From: Massalongia carnosa
Taxonomy: Eukaryota
DNA: 64,000 nucleotides
NCBI GenBank assembly: GCA_965645245.1
Contig: OZ287072.1
Coordinates: 930,001-994,000, forward strand
Direction of reading: 5' to 3'
Position numbers and translations under genes: made by a program. The notes below the pieces were generated by a model. That model searched no databases and was not told where the DNA came from. It saw nothing but the letters and a program-made list of their open reading frames with translations. Positions 27,501 to 38,920 of this stretch are shown here, one piece after another. The first letter of the stretch is position 1, and each line of letters begins with the position of its first letter.

Positions 27501-28228
27501 AGCATCTTCTTCTTGCTCCGTTCTCCTTCCTCGCTCTGCAGCAGCGCCGCCTGCTCTCGAATGACCCTTTTTGGCTTTCTGCATGTCTGCCTCATTCTGA
27601 CGATCAATTGCTGCCATTATTTCCTTTATTCGAGGATTTGGGTTGGTATCGATGAAATGGCGAAACAGATCAGTAAGCCCCAAAAGGTAGCGAAATCGTC
27701 GAATGGAGTCATCTTCCTACCACGAGTTATTGGTGTTAGCCGAGTGCTGTAAAGTGGGTGTGTGGAGCACGTTGAACCTTCGATTCACCAAGCCGGTTAT
27801 GCTTTTTACCGAAAACTCTCTTCCGCAGCTGCGTTGCTTCCGATCTTCGTTTACGACCATCAACGAGTGTTGTGTCACCGGCTATGCTGCTAGCAGTATT
27901 GTTTGGGGTAGTATCAGAATCCTATGGAAAGTATGTTAGAGATTATAAAGTCATAAGATGCTAGGTAACAACCCACCGAGTAATCTGGAGTATCCTAAAA
28001 GATCCGCACAGATTCTGTTAGCTACGACCGCTTATTCCAGCCTCCTAGCCACGCAAAATCGCGTATAAGAGAGATCCATCATCTAAGGGGGCTTCTTACC
28101 ATTGTGCTATCCTCATCGTTTATCTTCGCCTTGTAACCAATAGGAGTATTGCTAGCATCGTCCATGTCCGCATCAGTGGGAGAGTTATCATGGATATCCT
28201 CAGGTAGGCAAGATTTAGAAGGCGCCAT
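24539..28228 (-). CDS. ISW2: ISWI chromatin-remodelling ATPase
   Basis: SNF2 motifs [29 protein letters not shown] and a HAND-SANT-SLIDE region. 5' exons include an 18-nt microexon; the last exon ends KARKR*. ISW1 versus ISW2 naming is uncertain. Confidence 0.93.
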
Positions 28229-28925
28229 TTTCTAAATCATGCGGAGCGAAGTCCCAGAAGCACGAGATGAAATATTCTACTCCGTTACCGTTAATATAAA
28301 GCGCTCAGAAAGGAGTTGGAAGCCTAGAAGTAGACGTTGGATTAGCTGGAGGGGATGACAAGTGTGGGTTTAGCGTGTTGGGTAAGAAGATGTTATGGAA
28401 TGGAGAACAACGAGCGAAAGATATAAGACAAGGGTGTTTTGCGTATAGGTATTCAGACAGCGGGCGTGAACCAAAACGGCGCTAAATCACTTTAAAACAA
28501 CCGAATACCTAAGCTACCCTTGTCCGTATCAGGCTTGTATCGTAATTCGGAATCTTTTCCTCCAAAAGCAGGCGAGCAGGCAAACAGGCGAACCTAGATC
28601 TGCTGTACATATTTAACTTACCACACAGCGAGCAAGTGACCTTACTCTACAGCCTTACTCTACAGAGTACTAAACTACCTACACCGGAAGATCTACATTC
28701 ACATTCTCTATTGGCACCTATATCTCCTCCTTCTTACCTACGTTCTTTTACTGAGCTTCCCATTAATCTGTCTGGATTACGTTCGGAGTTCCGTTACGCT
28801 TCCGGTTCTCGGGCTTTACCCGCCTTGCAAGATCATCGTCGTCGAGGTCGTGAATTTGAATCATCCTACTGTCCGAACAAAAAGCTTTTGCATTTTCTGG
28901 CTATCTTCGTCACTTCAGCTCTGCC

Positions 28926-29765
28926 ATGGACTCGATGAAGAGTTTGAACAAATCTCTACCCAAAACATCGAAAGAACCACCTACTCAGCCGCCCGAACAA
29001 CTCCTGCAAGCCTTTAAAGCCGCCGCCCTTTCTGTAACAAACCTATACAAGATATCTGCCGCGGATCAGACCCAAGCCCGCCACGTGGGATATCAGGATG
29101 CACTCGACAATCTTCTCGTCTTCCTCGATAAAGAAAATCTAGGTTTAGGAGACGGTGAAGGCTGGAAGGTACGACAATGGGCAACGGAGCGCTTGGATGG
29201 CAGTCCTCCGGTTCATACTGCGAGTGACAGCGATGACGAGCGTGGTGAACCTACGAAGCGGGCTCGAAGCTCATCACCTGCTATTCAGCGGAAGTCAAGT
29301 CAAGAGACATTACAGACGAGACAACCATCCCGATCGGCGTCCCCAACCCGAATAGCACCAGCACCTTTGGTAACGCCGGTACATACCCCGCAGACAATCA
29401 ACTCTTTCACCAGATCAGAAGTGTTTTCATTTCGATCGTCACATCCTTATCCTCAAGATATGGACATGCAGAGCGAAACAACCATTTCCAACGCTTCACA
29501 ACCAGAATCACTTTCACAAGGACCTGGATCAAGCCTTTCGCCATCGGTCCGAGTAGAAGTCGTCCCACGTGGTACAAGGACATCCCACCGAAGCGGGACC
29601 CATTCCAACCGGCATAACACGAGATCCACAACTTCCACCCGCTCCCTAGGCACGGGGGCCGGTTCCAAGAGGAAGATAGCTTTCAATGAATATTTCGATC
29701 TAGGCACTTTTGGAGACGGCAAAGACGGTTCTAGTGGTGGTGGAAAACGTGGAAGATTAATTTAA
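28926..29765 (+). CDS. Conserved fungal hypothetical protein (Ser/Thr-rich, basic C-terminus)
   Basis: 279-aa ORF with LLQAFKAAALSVTNLYK, GYQDAL and VRQWATERLDG; divergent from the ISWI gene. Confidence 0.8.
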   Translation: MDSMKSLNKSLPKTSKEPPTQPPEQLLQAFKAAALSVTNLYKISAADQTQARHVGYQDALDNLLVFLDKENLGLGDGEGWKVRQWATERLDGSPPVHTASDSDDERGEPTKRARSSSPAIQRKSSQETLQTRQPSRSASPTRIAPAPLVTPVHTPQTINSFTRSEVFSFRSSHPYPQDMDMQSETTISNASQPESLSQGPGSSLSPSVRVEVVPRGTRTSHRSGTHSNRHNTRSTTSTRSLGTGAGSKRKIAFNEYFDLGTFGDGKDGSSGGGKRGRLI

Positions 29766-30167
29766 TCCATGTGGTTTTCCTTAGCGCTAGGGCCCAATGC
29801 TGCGGATTGCGACTGAGGAACATTAATAGACTTGCATCTTGGGGTGGCATAGCGTGGAGGGAGCTTTCTTGAGACTTCTAGCGATTCATGACCGTGGTAG
29901 CTTCACGATTGTCTATTGCTTATCCCTGGCTTTCAGAATCCTCCGAATACCTACGGAAAACACCTGCCAAAATCTTTTACTGTTCATCCCAATGTGCGCA
30001 AGTAGATTCCTCATCTCTGGTGTGAACGAAGCCTTGAGGAGAATGCTCGGCATAGAAGCCAGCTGCCGCATCCGCAAGACTGTCCTGAAAGTATAGGGTT
30101 CCCATTCCCCTGCCTCCGAACCTTGAGATGAGCTTTCCGAAAACACAGTATTCAGGCATTAGAAGTG

Positions 30168-30547
30168 TTAATGTGTCAAGCGCCATACTCCCATACCCGC
30201 AAATGACAATGCAATAGCCGTGACGCCAGTATGTCTAGACTTCATCCCAAACCTGGACCCGCTCTTCAGGATGGTAGCTTGCTGCTTCTGCAATTGATGT
30301 TGCCCTGAAAAATAGCAATATGCGCCCAGCCCAAAGAATGCCGTTGCACCTACCATCAGAGGTTATTACCATCAAACCATGCCCAACAACAGCTTTCACC
30401 GAATCAGGGTATCTTACCTGTAAGCCTACAAGAGAGACAGTCATATTCCTTCGCTTCTTGCTTAAGTACTTTGTGCAGCTTTTCGGGGCGGTCAATCTGC
30501 GTGAACGGAGCCTTGGGGACATGCGATTCTTGAGCTTCTCGAGGCAT
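30168..30547 (-). CDS. Small membrane protein, DUF4536/DMAC1-like
   Basis: Two exons give MPREAQESH...YDCLSCRLTGATAFFGLGAYCYFSG...GMGVWRLTH: a DCxxC motif followed by two hydrophobic helices. Confidence 0.75.
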
Positions 30548-30629
30548 GACACAGCGACCGTGTGGGAATCCGTGAGTGAAGGAGGAGTCCCAGTGTCAAA
30601 TTCAGGCAAATACGGAATTTAGTAAATCC

Positions 30630-31289
30630 TTGCCTCAGTACCTCAGACGTGCCCGGCTAAGCCCCTTCGGGTTAGCCTTACAGAACGTTAAGCCCCTTCG
30701 GGTTAACAGGCTGACTACGCAGCACATCTGTAGCAAGTCTGAGCCCAAAACTCAAGATTACGGTGACAAGAACGATTTCGACCTTATAGTACAACGTCAC
30801 AACTTCATTGTTTTCATGTTTGTAACGTCGTCGTCGCTTGATATGATCATGATCAATGTATTTTTGATTTTTTCGTTATAAATTTCAATCTTTATTTATG
30901 TTTATAACGTGCAGAGCAATTTTACATACATCTTGTTATTTTCGTTAAGTCGATTCTCAATTTCTATGCGAAGTGCAATCAGATTGCCCCACATGAACTT
31001 TACAACGAACAGGAATTTCAGAAAACTTTCTATACAAATTCTACTTGAATTCTTTCGAAGAAATAGCCCGTGTCAAACGAAAAAGCAAGACGTCAAAATG
31101 TCGAAAAATCGCAATAATACACGATTTATTACGAATATCTGACCGTAATATTTAGTTTTGCGCTCAGACGTGCTATCGCAGCCACGTTAGTCAGCTGGGA
31201 CGCTAACCCGAAGGAGCTTAGCTAAATAGGCTAACCCGGAGGGGCTTAGACGGCTCCTAGAGCCACGCACGTCTGAGGTACTGAGGCAA
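30630..31289. mobile_element. Non-autonomous TIR DNA transposon (MITE-like), 660 bp
   Basis: Perfect 23-bp terminal inverted repeat TTGCCTCAGTACCTCAGACGTGC, extending imperfectly to about 135-150 bp. Direct repeat GTAAATCC flanks it at 30622-30629 and 31290-31297. Interior is AT-rich and non-coding. Confidence 0.9.
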
Positions 31290-31442
31290 GTAAATCCGCT
31301 GCCTTGGAGGAGGCTGACTAATAATCTAACCGCTTTCATCTTGTCAGAAATATGATTGGTTCGTGAACTAGCAGAACTCGTTACGCCTATTCCGGCCATC
31401 AAGAAACTCGACTTCAAATCAACCCACAACAATGCTTGCATC

Positions 31443-33183
31443 ATGATGAGCAGCGCCATCGAGGCGCTTTATATTTTTGACCAACATGAGTACTATTCTG
31501 CTTGGTTTCTTCGATGGTTAAATGTTGACCGTTCTCTAGCATTTCCATCCTTGAACATATTTACCGTTCTCGACCAGCCTCTGCAAGCGTTGTTCTTTCC
31601 CTCTATCTTGAACATCCCACCCCCAGACCTTCCTTGATCAACTTACCCAACATCAAACCTCCAACGCTACTCTTTTCACTCGTTCATTCCAACCTTTTGA
31701 TATTGTCCCCTGTCTCAAAAGAGATAGAACCCTTATTTGTCATTGAATTCCTTCACCGGGTGGTGGATGTGTTGGAGGAGTTTATCGGGGCGCCTTTAAT
31801 AGCAAGCAAGATAGAAGGATCATACGATGTAGTGGCTCAGCTGCTGGGTGAAATGTGTGATGCTGGAAGTGTATGCAATACCGAGCCGAACGCATTGAGA
31901 GATGACGTAGACACGCCTGGTTGGATGGGGAAACTGCTGGGCGGCGTTGGCTTGCCTGGGTAAATCTCCAGAAACAGGAAAGATCGGAAAGTCATAGTTG
32001 ATGAGAACTGGACAGGTCTTCACCAGCGCTTCTACCTACCGGAGCGTCGAAGCAACAAATAAGTCTCAACCCTGTCACCAATGGTCCCGCGATACCTTGG
32101 CGACGGGCTAACGTTCGCCATACCAGCAACGAGCTATATGTTGATATCGTCGAAACCCTTTCCGTGACACTTGCGCCTTCGGGAAGGCCATTGGCCGCTT
32201 TTGCCAACGGTTCCATAGCTTTCACCTCCAAGATATCGGGTACACCCGACCTACTCCTAACTCTATCTGCATCAGGGGGGAAATTGTGGACGGAGAAGGC
32301 CATCGAGCTTCCTGTATTCCATCCATGCGTACGGTTGGCGAGGTGGAAGGAACGACCTGGTGATCTGAGCTTCGTCCCCCCGGATGGCAAATTCATGCTT
32401 GCCGGTTATGAAGTGAATCTTCTCCCTACTCAGCCCGACTTGAAATCTTGGGCAAATGCCAACCTACAGCTTCCGGTTTCCATCGAGGTGGACAAATCTC
32501 TTGGCGTAAACGGAACAGACTTCGAAGTCCGTCTAATCTTGTCCACCGCTTTTCCAGGCTCATCGTCATCTTTGCCATCGAGGCCACCGCTCGGCTCTCG
32601 AAGCTCGGGTAGATCCACACCAGTATTTGGAAGTAGTGCTTCGGCACCGGTTCTCCAAAACGTTCTTGTCACCATTCCAATTCCTACCGCTGTGCGAAAT
32701 ATTGCAGATCTACGTTCCAGTCGAGGTGAAGCGTATTTTACACCGGCCGAACATACAGTCGAATGGCGTATTCCAACTAAAGATGCTACAGCTGCAGGGA
32801 ATGCCACGCTTCGATGCACCGTTGTTGGTCCGTTAACCGACGATAACGAGGAGGCCGCCAACGGCTTTCAGTTCCATTCAAGTACGGGAAACTACGACGA
32901 GAATGAAGTCGCGTACCAGAGTTCCTCAGCGGAGCCCAAACCGCTCCCACCCAAAGAGCGAGAGGAGTATCGAGACCAGCGAAAGATCCAGCAGAACGCC
33001 CCGTTGATGCCGTCCTCTGCCTCGGTTAGTTTTAGCGTCAAGGGATGGCTGGCCAGCGGGATCAAGGTTGACGGGCTCGTAGTTGATGTTCGGAAGAGCC
33101 GGGGCTTAGGTGAAGGGGTAAAGCCGTACAAGGGCGTCAAGTATCTGACTGTTAGCAAAAAAGGGGTGGAGACAAGGTGTTGA
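31443..33183 (+). CDS. APM3: AP-3 adaptor complex mu subunit
   Basis: IEALYIFD, EFLHRVVDVLEEF, YDVVAQLLGEMCDAG, TEPNALRD, IPWRRANVRHTSNELYVDIVE, FHPCVRL, SFVPPDGKFML, KPYKGVKY. Two introns. Confidence 0.9.
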
Positions 33184-33368
33184 CCAAGTATCTGGAGATG
33201 ACAAATGTAGGTAGATTGGAATCTTTGATTATCGATTTCATATCTGGAGGTGTAGATAGATAGGTGTCTATACCAATCCTCGAAGAGGTTTAAAATCCCC
33301 GCTCAACTCTCATTTCCACCTAGAATCACTCCCAACCCCCCCCTTTTTCCCGTTTTCCCTCCTTCCCC

Positions 33369-33964
33369 CTAATCGGAAGCTTCCTCAAACCCCCCCTCCA
33401 AAATACCCACCAGCTCATCCAGTCTGCGAATGCACAGCCCCGTATGCTCGTGCGTCGCCACTGCCGCGTTACTCTCATCGTCAGCAACCAGTAGCACCGT
33501 CGCCGCCCCCGCCTCGTAGCCGGCCGTCATGTCGTCGAGGGAGTCGCCAACCTAGATTGAAGGAAACAGGGGGGAGAAAGGGAAATGGTTAGCTTTGTGG
33601 GTTTGTATTTAGGTTTGGGTTTTATGGGGGGAGGGGGGAGGGGGGGTTAGTGGATGAAAAGGAAGAAATGGGAAACGAAATGGGAAACGAAGAACAAATA
33701 AAATAAAATAAAATAAAATAAAATAACAAACCATAATCATCATCTCCGCCCCCCGACCTTTTCCCTGCCTGTTCCCGTCCAAGCCCCAGGAAGCGGCAAT
33801 GTGTAACAGCCCCGCCGGATGCGGTTTCGGCGGGTGGAAGGCGCGCGTGACGATCGGGGCGAAGGTTGCGGTTGGGAGGAAGGTAGTCAGGAGGTGCGTT
33901 ACTGGACCACTTTTTTTCCGCCCGCGTTGGTTAGATTTATTTTGGGGGGGGGGCGTTTTTTCTT

Positions 33965-33997
<33 letters not shown>

Positions 33998-34878
33998 TGG
34001 ATGGATGGATGCTATATGTATATCTCCTTCTCTCCTCTTCGCCCTTCCCCCCCTCGGAAAAATTACATGCCTGAGAAGAAGAAGAAAAATACTAGGAAGA
34101 CCCACTCGAAATTCCGCGTACAAAGCCCCATCTTCACCCCTCTCCCATCTAGATATCCTACCAGTTCCCCCAGGCCCGGCTGCGGCTCCTGCAGCAGCAT
34201 CGCCTCGCTCTCGATGGCGCGGATGGTCGCCATGGCGGCTTCTTGGGCCGGGGCGGGGAGGGCGTGGATGTGCGCTAGGATGTCGGTTGTGGGCGGAATG
34301 GCGAGGGATTGTCTTTTTTTTAACCCCTTTTTAGAAAGAAAGAAAGGAAAGGGGTGGTGGGGGAGGGGGGAGGAAGATGTGGGAAAGGGTGGGGATATAC
34401 CTCATTTGGCGGAACATGTAGGATTGGGGTTTGCTGGTTGGAGAGACTGGTGAGATATATCGAACTGGAAGGAAAAACGGATGAAACCCATAAAACTTTT
34501 CCCTTCGATTTCTGGCATCTCGTTCTAGCCAAAAACCAAAGCTCCTCATATCTACTTCTCATTCTTTTCCTTCCCAACACCCGTAAAGAAATATATATAG
34601 AGAGCGACATAAACCCTCGACCTTCCCCCCCCCCAGATTCCCAAAAAAAACAACTCAAAACCTAGAGAGAGGAAAGAATAAAAGAAACCCAAACGAAAGA
34701 AAACGAAAGAAAAAACCCCTACCCCCATAACTCACCAAAGCGTTCCATCAACATCAAACACCACCCCACCCAGCACCGGCACATCCCCCTCCTCCTCCCC
34801 CGGCGGCCTCCTCCTTCTCCTCTCCGGATTCAGTGGCGCGAAGCGTTTTGGCGCTCGCCGTGTTGCGCGGGCCATCAT
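33369..34878 (-). CDS. HAD-superfamily hydrolase (YOR131C-like)
   Basis: Five exons give FAPL, GVVFDVDGTLCKPQSYMFRQMR, DILAHIH, GLCTRNFDGPVTHLL, TRAFHPPKPHPAGLLHIA, MVGDSLDDMTAGYEAGAATVLL (HAD motifs I-IV). Confidence 0.85.
33696..33726. repeat. (AAATA)n microsatellite in HAD intron
   Basis: About six tandem AAATA units. Confidence 0.85.
33965..33997. repeat. Compound (CT)n(GT)n microsatellite in HAD intron
   Basis: Directly visible dinucleotide runs. Confidence 0.85.
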
Positions 34879-35149
34879 CGTTTTTGGATTCGGATTTGGA
34901 TTTGTTGATGTTTTGGATGGTTAATGTTGGACGGAGGGGTGGGAAATAATAAATATTGTGTGGGAAAGGAGGATTTTTTTTTTACAGTATACGATTTACG
35001 TGTTCCCTTAGCGAGAGATGAACAGAAATAATGCGAAGGGGTTTGTGGAACTACCGAACTGCTTCGTGAAGAGGAAATCAAAATCACAACTAATCATTAA
35101 AACACAAACACAAAGTCCATTGTATCATCATACATGAAAACCCCCCTTC

Positions 35150-36555
35150 CTAATGGCCCTCACCCAAAACCCCCACCGTCCCCCTTCTCTCCTCATAACC
35201 AGGCAATCCCCCGCTTCCTTCCTCCCCCCGAACTCCTGGCCCCATCAACCTTCTCGCCTGCACCTTTCCCAGCGCAACTCTCAACTCCTCTTCCTCTGGC
35301 CCCCCCGCTTTGTCCTCCTCCTTTCCCTTCCCCTCCCTTAACGATTGCAACAAGCTCCTAATCTCCGCCTCCTCGTCCTCTAAAAGCCGCCACCGCATCA
35401 GTTCCTCTTCCCAGAAAAATAGCAGGCCGACGAGTTTGCGCTGCGCGTGGATGGAGATGGTGGGCACCTGGTTGGGGAAATGGCGGGTTATGAGGGCGGT
35501 GTTGAGGAACGGGGGTTCGAGGGTCAAGATGCGGGCTTTGAGGAGGGAGCGGCGGAGGGTGGAAGAGAGGGAAGCGGCTCCTGAGGAAGGGAGTTAGGCT
35601 TGTTTGTGGGATGGAAAGAGGTTGGGTGGAGACGCCCCCGAGGGGAGGAAGATGAGGGGGGGGATGCACCGACAATGCCAGCAACATAAAACGCCTGGTC
35701 ACTCAGAAGCCTGGGGTCAGGTTGGATGAGCTGGAAGCGAAAGAGGTCATCTTGCTGTTTGGGCGTAAGGTCTGCGTCGTTTTTGGAGTCGTTGGCGAAA
35801 TTAGGGACGGAGTTGAGGATCAGCCGGCTCCAGGACCAGGAAAGCTTCCCTGACTCGTTACGGAACATTTTTTCTCAATCCAGTTTCTTTGTGATCGGGA
35901 TGTGGAATCTTGAGAGGGGGGAGAAGTGGCTGAGCTGAGAAAGCAATCTGGCGAAGGTGTTTTGGGGGAAAGGAGGTGGGCTGTTAATGTAGACTTTAGG
36001 CGATGGCAAAGTGGTACCAAGAAATAGTTCGATGAAGGTCTCGTATAGATACCAAGAATCCTGACTAGAAAGCGATATCTTTTATATTTGATAAAATCGA
36101 ACAAAAGTTGCAACGAACAGACAACGAGGTATTAAAAGATCAGCCTACCCGGGCAGTTGAAGTTGCCCACGTGCCTTCTCGGGGCCTAAGAATGCACATC
36201 ACACCTTCGACTGTGGTGGCTGAGTATGAAAAAGTCGATGCGGTGAGAAGAAATACATGTGCGGCATGGGATGTTCGATGATGATTTGATGGACTCCATC
36301 AGTTTTGTAGGATGAACGCCATGCTTACGAAGGATATTCTTAACTTACGCGGAAGGTGTGGCGTTGGCGACGTTGAGGAAGATTATGTTTGGCGGTGGGA
36401 CGGTCAAGCCATTGGATTTCCGCCCTGCGCCAAAAATAGGTTTGTGAAGTTCTAGCCTGCCTCGATTAAAACGCGGTCAATAGTGATACCGGTGCTCGAC
36501 GCTTGCAGCGCTTCTCTCTAGGCGTGGAGGGGAAATGGCTCTGCTGATGGGCATG
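35150..36555 (-). CDS. Hypothetical multi-exon protein (5' structure uncertain)
   Basis: ORFs 35524-35868 and 35150-35527 join through an intron ending CCTAAC...CAG (GAASLSSTLRRSLLKARILTLEPP...LLFFWEEELMRWR...LPGYEE). Upstream exons are guessed from GT/AG signals. Confidence 0.5.
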
Positions 36556-36633
36556 ATTTAGGACTAAGAATCCGATCTCAGTATCACAATACACCATCGC
36601 GCGGAAACCACATGTGATAAATGTGATGGATTC

Positions 36634-37833
36634 CTATCGCGCCATAGCCTTCCTCGCTTTTGCCCCTTTTCCTTTGAGCTTTAACGGCTTCGCCTCGTCA
36701 AGAACACGATTGGGAATCACCACCGGCCTGGCCTTCAGCCCAGCTTCGATCGCCCGCACTCCATCCACAATCTCCCCCTTCTCCTCCTTTTCCCGTTCGG
36801 TCAGCATCTTCTGCTGTCTGTCCACCTCCAGCTGCTGCTTTCTCTCCGCAGTCAGTTTCCACGCTTCGGGGAACAACAGCTTTGGCTTGTACTTGTGATG
36901 TCGGAAGTCAAGCGGCACGTCTTCGAACATGTCCGTGCTGTCTTGTGCTTCTGCCATCAAGGTTTCCACCAAGTCTCCCAAGTAGCGCTTATTCTGGGCT
37001 TGAGTCTCAAACATTTCACAACTCATCTTCACGATGTCGGTTTCGGGGTTGTAGCGAGGCCCTGTGAGCTTGATGAGCTTGATGCGCTGAGCCTCGGTCA
37101 GATCTGGTAAATCTCGAGTGCAAAATTCAAGCACGATCTTCTTTGCAGCTGGATGGGTTTCGCCCATGTAAGTGGTATAACGAAAACGAAGTGGATGATC
37201 CAGCGGAGGAGGCGTAAACGGTTTGGCGAGTTCTAGGGGGGGATGATCAGCCACCACAGATTTGTAAAGAATGAATTGCGTCGCAGACTAACTGCTCAGT
37301 AAAGGCATTTCCCAAGCCGCTATTCTTGCATACTCTCGGATTTCTCGATGCTGCTCCAGGTCCGCATGAGCGAGAGAGGTAATATCATCGCCCTTAAACT
37401 TATCATCTTCACCGGTGTTCTGCTCGTCCGCCTCACCCATAGCCATGAATCCGCGCTTGATGGCGGGAATATTGACCTCCGCTCGGGGCGCTTCAATTGC
37501 AACTTGCGAGATTGCTTGGGCAACGCTGGCCTGGAGCTTCGACTCAACTTCGGGAGATGTCATATGCTCATGAAGCTTCTTGTCCACCAGTTCGAACTCG
37601 GCTTTTTGATCGGGCGATAATGTACTGTAGTAGGATTGTTCGTCAGGGCCGAAGGTTGAGATATCAAAAACATATGGCTTCCGGGGTTTGGGGTCATCGT
37701 CGTGGTGGACTGGTGAAGTATGGAGGCATCGAGGGCGTAGAGGTGCTGGCAATGTGGATTGTTTCCTTCGTAACGGAATTCGGTATGTGTAGCGGAGGGC
37801 AAGACAGCCGAATCGATTGAATGCTGTTGACAT
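36634..37833 (-). CDS. RSM24: Mitochondrial small ribosomal subunit protein mS35
   Basis: Basic presequence; DDITSLAHADLEQHREIREYARIAAWEMPLLS, PLRFRYTTYMGETHPA, KLIKLTGPRYNP, QNKRYL, DVPLDFRH. One intron. Confidence 0.92.
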
Positions 37834-38188
37834 TGGGAGCGACTCTACGATGGAAGCGTTTCGAGCGCACTGAGAAAGCTTTGAGATTCTATGTTCTGTA
37901 AATACCAGTTTCGGGAGAAGGAAAAACATTACGGCGGCCCATCGGCCACAAGAGTTTGAATAAACATAAAACAATTCAGTCCTTCAATCCTTTAACCCTT
38001 TAGAAACTTCAAAATTGCTATGATTATCAGCTTCATATGAAAATAATCCCACTATAAATTCACATGTTTCCATGAGCTTTTCTATACGTTTTGCTTTCTC
38101 ATACATGTGTTGAGTAGAGGTTTTGCGCTCGCTTTCTCCTTGATATTCATCCAGTTCACCCCAATAGAAGAAACTCTTCATCGTAATC

Positions 38189-38920
38189 ATGGTCATCACC
38201 GAATCCGCTACAAACCTCTCAAAACTCTGCTTCGTCACCATTGGGGCCACAGCAAAATTTGACTCTCTGATCAAAGCCGCTCTCAGCCCTTCATTTCTCC
38301 AAGCATTGCACTCTTCCGGCTACACTGACCTCCTCCTCCAACACGGCGAGGAAGGAGGCATTATATATCAAGATTTTATCGCCATCAATAAGGCCGGCAG
38401 TGAAGGAAGATACGGTCTTGAAATTTGCGGATTCGACTTCAACAAAAAGGGCTTGGGCGCGGAAATGCGAGCTGCAAAAGGTGGAGATGGAAGAGCGGAG
38501 GGCGTTGTCATCAGCCATGCTGGTGTGCACTTCTTTTCTCATGTAAATATTGGACCTACTTGCTTATTTAAACAAAAGGCTCCGGATCAATACTTGCTGC
38601 CCTCCGACTCGCAATCCCCATAATTGTTATACCCAATCCAGATCTTTTAGATAACCATCAGGTAGAACTGGCTGAGGCGCTCGCCGCTCAGGGCTATGTT
38701 GTGCATGGACGCCTGGAGTAAGTGTGACCACGAGATACTCGAACCCAGGATGAAAGAAGAAACGCTGACTCGAACGCTTAGCGATCTCTCGCAAGCCCTG
38801 TCGGAATCGGAGATACTTCGAAAGAAACAAAGTGCCTGGCCGCCTTCAAATAAAGGTCATGATCCCTCAGGGCGAGGTCTAGCAGGTGTAATGGACGATG
38901 AAATGGGATTTGTTGATTAG
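38189..38920 (+). CDS. ALG13: UDP-GlcNAc transferase subunit Alg13
   Basis: [44 protein letters not shown]. Two introns. Confidence 0.92.

Noticed and set aside
30655..30710. TTCG hairpins as bacterial terminators, REP elements or CRISPR repeats
   Set aside because: Eukaryotic context, only two copies per arm, no U-tract, no spacer array or cas genes; they are part of the TIRs.
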